From an uncultured Verrucomicrobiae bacterium (lineage in GTDB: Bacteria; Verrucomicrobiota; Verrucomicrobiia; Chthoniobacterales; JAATET01), in NCBI GenBank assembly GCA_963719495.1, contig CAVRCI010000004.1, forward strand, positions 64,001 to 128,000: a stretch of 64,000 nucleotides of DNA, read 5' to 3'. The number at the start of each line of letters is the position of its first letter. Positions within the stretch are counted from its first letter, which is position 1. Below are positions 59,139 to 64,000 of this stretch, one piece after another. The translations under genes were made by a program, and so were the position numbers. The notes beneath the pieces are model-generated. The model had not been told where the DNA came from and searched no databases. It saw only the letters and a program-made list of their open reading frames with translations.

Positions 59139-61529
59139 TCAGCGGCGGATGATGCGCAGTTTCAGAATCTTCGAGCGATTGCCGGCGGCATCGACGGCGC
59201 GGATTTTGACGACGGTCTGCGAGCGTCTGTCATTGGGGCGCACGATGGCGCGCCAGCGGGTGCCGGGGCCCTTGGCATCCTGGAAGCCGCCGCGCACACC
59301 GCTGGCTTTGAACTCCACTTTTGCGATCCCGGAGACGTCGGACGCGGTCCCGCGGAAGACGACGCGTTTGCGAGTGCTCTCGACGCGTTTGCGACCGCGG
59401 AATTGGATGTCGGGGCTAGTTCGATCGGCGACACCTGAGGTAGGCGGCACCGTGGGCGGAGTGAGCGATGGAATGAGGAACGCGTAAGCTGCTCCGGCGG
59501 CGTCGGCGCTGTTGTCGATGTCGATCAGCGGATTATTGATTCCGGGAGTCCCGCTGTCCTCTTGGAAGGCTCCGACGACGATGGTGTCGCCGGACGCAGC
59601 GACCGAAAAGCCAAAGTTATCGCCAGCGCCCGTGTTCGACGCTTTCAGGTAGGCTGACTGACTCCAAGTGGTGCCAGCGCGTTCGAAAAGATAAGCCGCG
59701 CCGGATCGGAGGGCCGAATCGTTGGATTGAACACCGCCGACACCGATGGCGGCGCTGCTTTCGGCGGAGGCCCCGACAAGCGCGACGTTCCCCGACAATG
59801 CCACGGCGGTTCCGAACTCGTCGTCGGCTCCGGTGTTCGACGCTTTCAAGTAACTCTGTTGGGACCAAGTCGAGCCAGACCGAACGAAGACGTAAGCCGC
59901 GCCGGATGCGGAAACGGAGTTGTCGGCTTGGTTGCCGTCGGCGCCAGTGGCATTACTGCCCTCGCGATAAGCTCCGACCAGCGCGGTATCACCAGACACG
60001 GCGACGGATTTTCCGAACCGGTCCTGAACGTCAGCGTTCGATGCTTTAAGGTAGGCTTGCTGAAACCAGGTGAAGCCCAACCGCTGAAATACGTAAGCTG
60101 CGCCGGCATTTTGAGCGGAATTGTCCGTCTCGTCGCCGCCGATCTCCGAGGCAGCACTATCTTCGTCGAAAGCTCCGACGATGATGGTGTCACCGGACAC
60201 GGCGACAGAGATACCGAAGCGGTCGAACCGCTCGGAATTGGACGCTTTGAGGTAGGCCTGCTGAGACCAAGTCCCGCCAGAACGAGCGAAGACGTAGGCT
60301 GCACCCGATTGCGGTTCCGACCTGTCCATCTGGTTGCCGTTGATTCCCGTCGCGTTGCTTCGCTCGAAGGTAGTTCCGACGACGGCGGTGTCGCCAGACA
60401 GCGCGGCGGTTTCGCCGAATCTCGCATTTGGTTCAGGATTGGACGCCTTGAGATAAGCTTGTTGCGACCAAATTGAACCCGAACGTGTGAACACGTAAGC
60501 GGCACCGGAAGACCCAGTGGAATTATCGGTCTCATCGCCGTCAGCGCCAGTGGCCTCACTGTCTTCGCCACCCGCGGTGATTAGGGCGGTATCACCGGAG
60601 ACGGCGACCGCGAAGCCAAAGTTGTCATCCTCTTCGGCGTTGGAAGCTTTCAAATAGGCTTGTTGAGTCCAAGTCGATCCCGAACGCACGAAGACGTAGG
60701 CGGCACCGGAATTGGCGGCTGAGTTGTCGGTCTCATCTCCATCGACACCGGTGGCGTTGCTGCTTTCCAACCAAGCCCCGACGACCACCGTGTCGCCAGA
60801 GACGGCAACCGAATAACCGAAGTAATCAGCAGGTCCGGCATTCGATGCCTTCAAGCTGGCTTGTTGGGCGACGGGATCGATGGTGATCGGGTAGCGGGCT
60901 TCGCGGTCGTCGAATTCGATGGCGAAACGGTCCGGCTTCGAAGCGGCGACGAATTGGACGGGTAACTTCCGGCCGTCGGCGTCCCACGCGAGGAGGCCTC
61001 CGTAGGTGAGAATGGTCGAGCCGTCGGCGTCGGCAAACTGGACGGAATTTGCGCTCACTACGGGGGTCAGGCTGCCGCGAACGGCGAGGTCGAGCCGCTT
61101 CGGCTGATCGCCGCTCTGCCCAGCCGGAGACCCGGTGAGCGTCCAGCCCTGCTGAAGACCGCTGGGACGATTGACGAACCACTCGGCGAGCGTCTCGTCG
61201 TGGCGGACGACGAGACGGTTCTCTTCGGAGCGGGCGATCCGCGCATCCCCCACCGGATCGCCGACGTTGGCGAGCTCGAGGCCCCAGGTCCAGTCGGCGT
61301 TCCCGGGGGTGGCGAGGAATCCGCGGCCGTCGAAAGTGACCGTCCAGCCCTGGCCGACGGCTTGGGCGGCATGGGTGCCGTCGGGTTGGGCGGCGATCCG
61401 GTGGTTCCAGTTCTCGTGAGCGGCTCGGATGCCAGTCCAATCTTTTTGCGATAATTCGGTCGCCGCTGGTGAGGGGCTAATTACGAAGAGTCCGAGAACG
61501 GCGGTCGTCAGGGGTGGGAGTAATTTCAT
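59139..61529 (-). CDS. Secreted FG-GAP (integrin-alpha-like) 7-bladed beta-propeller protein with a C-terminal Ig-like domain
   Basis: Seven QQAYLKASN...FG.SVAVSGDT..VGA...GAAYVF repeats, YPITIDP, and a signal peptide. Confidence 0.9.
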   Translation of the reverse strand: MKLLPPLTTAVLGLFVISPSPAATELSQKDWTGIRAAHENWNHRIAAQPDGTHAAQAVGQGWTVTFDGRGFLATPGNADWTWGLELANVGDPVGDARIARSEENRLVVRHDETLAEWFVNRPSGLQQGWTLTGSPAGQSGDQPKRLDLAVRGSLTPVVSANSVQFADADGSTILTYGGLLAWDADGRKLPVQFVAASKPDRFAIEFDDREARYPITIDPVAQQASLKASNAGPADYFGYSVAVSGDTVVVGAWLESSNATGVDGDETDNSAANSGAAYVFVRSGSTWTQQAYLKASNAEEDDNFGFAVAVSGDTALITAGGEDSEATGADGDETDNSTGSSGAAYVFTRSGSIWSQQAYLKASNPEPNARFGETAALSGDTAVVGTTFERSNATGINGNQMDRSEPQSGAAYVFARSGGTWSQQAYLKASNSERFDRFGISVAVSGDTIIVGAFDEDSAASEIGGDETDNSAQNAGAAYVFQRLGFTWFQQAYLKASNADVQDRFGKSVAVSGDTALVGAYREGSNATGADGNQADNSVSASGAAYVFVRSGSTWSQQSYLKASNTGADDEFGTAVALSGNVALVGASAESSAAIGVGGVQSNDSALRSGAAYLFERAGTTWSQSAYLKASNTGAGDNFGFSVAASGDTIVVGAFQEDSGTPGINNPLIDIDNSADAAGAAYAFLIPSLTPPTVPPTSGVADRTSPDIQFRGRKRVESTRKRVVFRGTASDVSGIAKVEFKASGVRGGFQDAKGPGTRWRAIVRPNDRRSQTVVKIRAVDAAGNRSKILKLRIIRR

Positions 61530-61737
61530 CGAGCAAATGGGTGTTGGAAGATTTGGAAGCGATCAGGTGTTCGGCGATCCGCCAGCGCTTTCCAAGCCTA
61601 GGGTCAGATTCTGCCGCTGCCACAACCGATTGGCAAATGCAAATTGGGCGACTCATGATGTTCCGTCGAGCGATCGGCGTCCTTCGGATCAAAAACCCGA
61701 TCGGGTCGAATCAAGCGCAGGCTTCCGTGGGATCGCC

Positions 61738-62613
61738 TCACGGCTGGACGTAGGAGCGGACGCGCTCGAGCGTCGTTTCGCCGATGCCGCGGACGCGGAT
61801 CAGGTCGTCCACGGAGTCGAAGGGGCGGGCGTCGATGATGCGTTGGGCGAGAACCGGACCGATGCCCGGCACCGACTCCAGTCCGGCGGCGTCCGCCAGA
61901 TTGATCGAGACCAAATCGCCGCTGGCGGATGGGACCGCGGAAAAGGCGGGTCGTAGGGCGCTGGGTTCCGGCTCGTCAGGTTCGGTAAGTTTGTCGATCC
62001 GCCACGGGGTGGGCGCGGCGACGGCGGCGGACTCTCCGCCGGACTCTCCGCCGTAGATTCCGGCTTTGCCGATGCGAGCGCGGTTTTCCAGCTGGTCGAG
62101 TTCGCGTTCGATCTGAGAGCTGGAAGGCCAGGCGGGCGGCGCGCCCTTCATTCCGTAGGAGCGCGCGAGTCCGTTGCGGACGAGTTCGGTCGCCAGGTTC
62201 AATTCCACGCCATTGCTTTCGTATATGATGTGTCCGTAGAAACGCGGTTGGCGGCTGGCTCCCCGGGCGTCCTCCCAGCGGGTGTGGACGATGAAGGTGC
62301 CGCTCCGCAGCGCGTCGGCGCTGAAATCCCCCGCGGTTTTTCCGAAGGCCATCACGGCGGCCTCGGAAACGCCGAAATGCTCGGCCTGCTCGCGGATCCG
62401 GCTCGGGACCTGTCGATTCGTCTCCGGCGTGTCCACGTAGTAGAGCCGAATGATGATGTCGCGGCCCCGGTAGTCGACGTGGAAGCTGTCCCCATCGGCG
62501 TAGGCTCCGCGGACGAGTCGGCAACCCGCGAGGATCTCCCAGTCGGCGGCCCCCAACCCAAAGATCGGGCTCAGGGCGAGAGTCACGGCGAGCAGCGGCG
62601 CTTTCCAGTTCAC
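61738..62613 (-). CDS. Thermonuclease (SNase-like) fused to a ComEA-type helix-hairpin-helix DNA-binding domain
   Basis: DGDSF, IRLYYVDTPET, LVRNGLAR, then INLADAAGLESVPGIGPVLAQRII..RPF..VDDL.RVRGIG. Confidence 0.88.
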   Translation of the reverse strand: MNWKAPLLAVTLALSPIFGLGAADWEILAGCRLVRGAYADGDSFHVDYRGRDIIIRLYYVDTPETNRQVPSRIREQAEHFGVSEAAVMAFGKTAGDFSADALRSGTFIVHTRWEDARGASRQPRFYGHIIYESNGVELNLATELVRNGLARSYGMKGAPPAWPSSSQIERELDQLENRARIGKAGIYGGESGGESAAVAAPTPWRIDKLTEPDEPEPSALRPAFSAVPSASGDLVSINLADAAGLESVPGIGPVLAQRIIDARPFDSVDDLIRVRGIGETTLERVRSYVQP

Positions 62614-62789
62614 CGTCGCGGCATACGGGGTGCCGGGACTCGTGTCAAAGCTCCGCTTCCTCCAACGGCCGGAATTACTATCTGTTTAAGTGATGGATAA
62701 ATGTAGACAGAACTTCTCAATCTTCATACTTGTAGGCCCAGGAAGAAGCATTCCCTCGGCAATTCCTCGACACCGAAAGGCCCAAACTC

Positions 62790-64000
62790 ATGATCAAATC
62801 ACTCTTCACAGCAACCATTGGGGCCGCCCTTTTATTCGCCATTCCGCAAGCCGGAGCCGGTGTTGCCAGCACGGCCAACGTGACGGCACTCAATCTTCAG
62901 TCCATCCCCGGAACTCCCTCCACCCAGAGTCAGGTCGGCGGCGGCACATCGTCTTTCAAATCGAATACCACCTACACGCTCAACTACAGCGGGGTGACAA
63001 ACCAGATTGCCTCGTTCACCACGAGCACCGGACTCTACGAGCCGCTCGTCTACCCCGGGACGATCACGACCACCCTGGTCCGGGTGCCGGGATCCGAGCC
63101 AAACAACAACAATATCATCTACTCGCGCCTCGGATCGACCAGTGGGAACACTTACAATCTCAGCGCCCCTTATTTTGGTGACGAGCAGCGGGCGTTCAAT
63201 TCGAACAACATCAATGTCGGGGCCGACAACTTCTTCGGAAACCGCGGAGACGGAAACGGTAACAACAATAACATCGAGCGGCTGGACGTTGTTTTCGGTG
63301 ACGGCCTCGAGGCCACGTCCGCGCTGGCCTTCACGGTCTTCGAGCGCGGGACCACCACCGGCCACGACCCCTTCGGCATGGCCGCGATCCTGGCCGTCGA
63401 CGCGCTGGGTCAGCCGACCGCTTACGGTCCTCTCGTGCGATTCGGCTCGGGTTCCTCCTACGGTCGCTACGGCACCTCGAACCTCGTTCCATCGAGCACA
63501 GATTGGCTCGTGACGCGGAACCTGGCGGCAAACCAGGGAGCGCCGGCGACCAATCCGTCCACCGTGGTCAAGAATCAGACCGTTGGCGGAGTCACCGTCG
63601 CGGTCATCGGCTCCGTCGCGGACAACGGACTCGGAGTCGCCCGAGGAACCAAGATTTTCGGCTATTCCCTCTTCGCTGGCGACGTGACCGGCACGGGGTC
63701 GCAGGTTCTCACGAATCCCGCGACCTTTCCTCGGGCCAGCAGCAGTGGCACCGGCGACGGCGGCATTGACCTGATCGCTTACACCGGCGTCGCTTTCAAC
63801 GAGGTGACGACCAATCCCTCCGTCAAGCTGACCAAAACCGGCACCTTCATTCCCTCCGCTCCGGCCCCGCTCGTGGCCAACGACATCTTCGGATCGGCCA
63901 GCAGCTTCAACGCGCTGGTTTTCGGTAACGTCACCGCCGAGAACGGCGACGTCGACGGCACGTTTGCCATCGGCGGCGACGCGACGATCAACGGCGGTTA
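62790..64000 (+). CDS. Large secreted surface protein, partial, with a choice-of-anchor-A-like domain beginning at the window end
   Basis: Manual translation, not in the ORF track: MIKSLFTATIGAALLFAIPQAGA... The start and the final codons (...ASSFNALVFGNVTAENGDVDGTFAIGGDATING) are in the same frame. Confidence 0.8.
   Translation, partial: MIKSLFTATIGAALLFAIPQAGAGVASTANVTALNLQSIPGTPSTQSQVGGGTSSFKSNTTYTLNYSGVTNQIASFTTSTGLYEPLVYPGTITTTLVRVPGSEPNNNNIIYSRLGSTSGNTYNLSAPYFGDEQRAFNSNNINVGADNFFGNRGDGNGNNNNIERLDVVFGDGLEATSALAFTVFERGTTTGHDPFGMAAILAVDALGQPTAYGPLVRFGSGSSYGRYGTSNLVPSSTDWLVTRNLAANQGAPATNPSTVVKNQTVGGVTVAVIGSVADNGLGVARGTKIFGYSLFAGDVTGTGSQVLTNPATFPRASSSGTGDGGIDLIAYTGVAFNEVTTNPSVKLTKTGTFIPSAPAPLVANDIFGSASSFNALVFGNVTAENGDVDGTFAIGGDATINGG

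Overview
A GC-rich bacterial chromosomal window. Gene content, the long Lys/Ala-rich RpoD and the repeat families suggest a Verrucomicrobia-like (PVC) organism; this is an inference. The + strand is strongly G/T-skewed. Most of the window is housekeeping or metabolic: rfbD/rfbB, dnaX-ybaB, nfeD, dnaG-rpoD, gnd, folE2, larA-like-gntK-queE-queD, mntR with a sitABCD-type Mn/Fe transporter, rpsA, galM, dsbD-redoxin, acnA and hom-thrC-ABC-lysC. The rest is secreted or surface proteins. No rRNA, tRNA, CRISPR array, transposase or integrase was recognised. The most unusual object is a PaaX-like gene with a Cas2-like middle domain (4533-5312). It is bracketed by two near-identical 34-36 bp palindromes, and one of them supplies its stop codon, so it looks like a self-contained cassette. 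The intergenic spaces hold at least six families of short palindromic or heptamer repeats, often stacked and co-oriented. Two appear to have been co-opted into coding sequence: the NfeD signal peptide and an AcnA loop. A LarA-family gene next to gluconokinase suggests nickel-pincer sugar-acid epimerisation. Many genes look leaderless, with TAnnnT 6-9 nt before the start codon.
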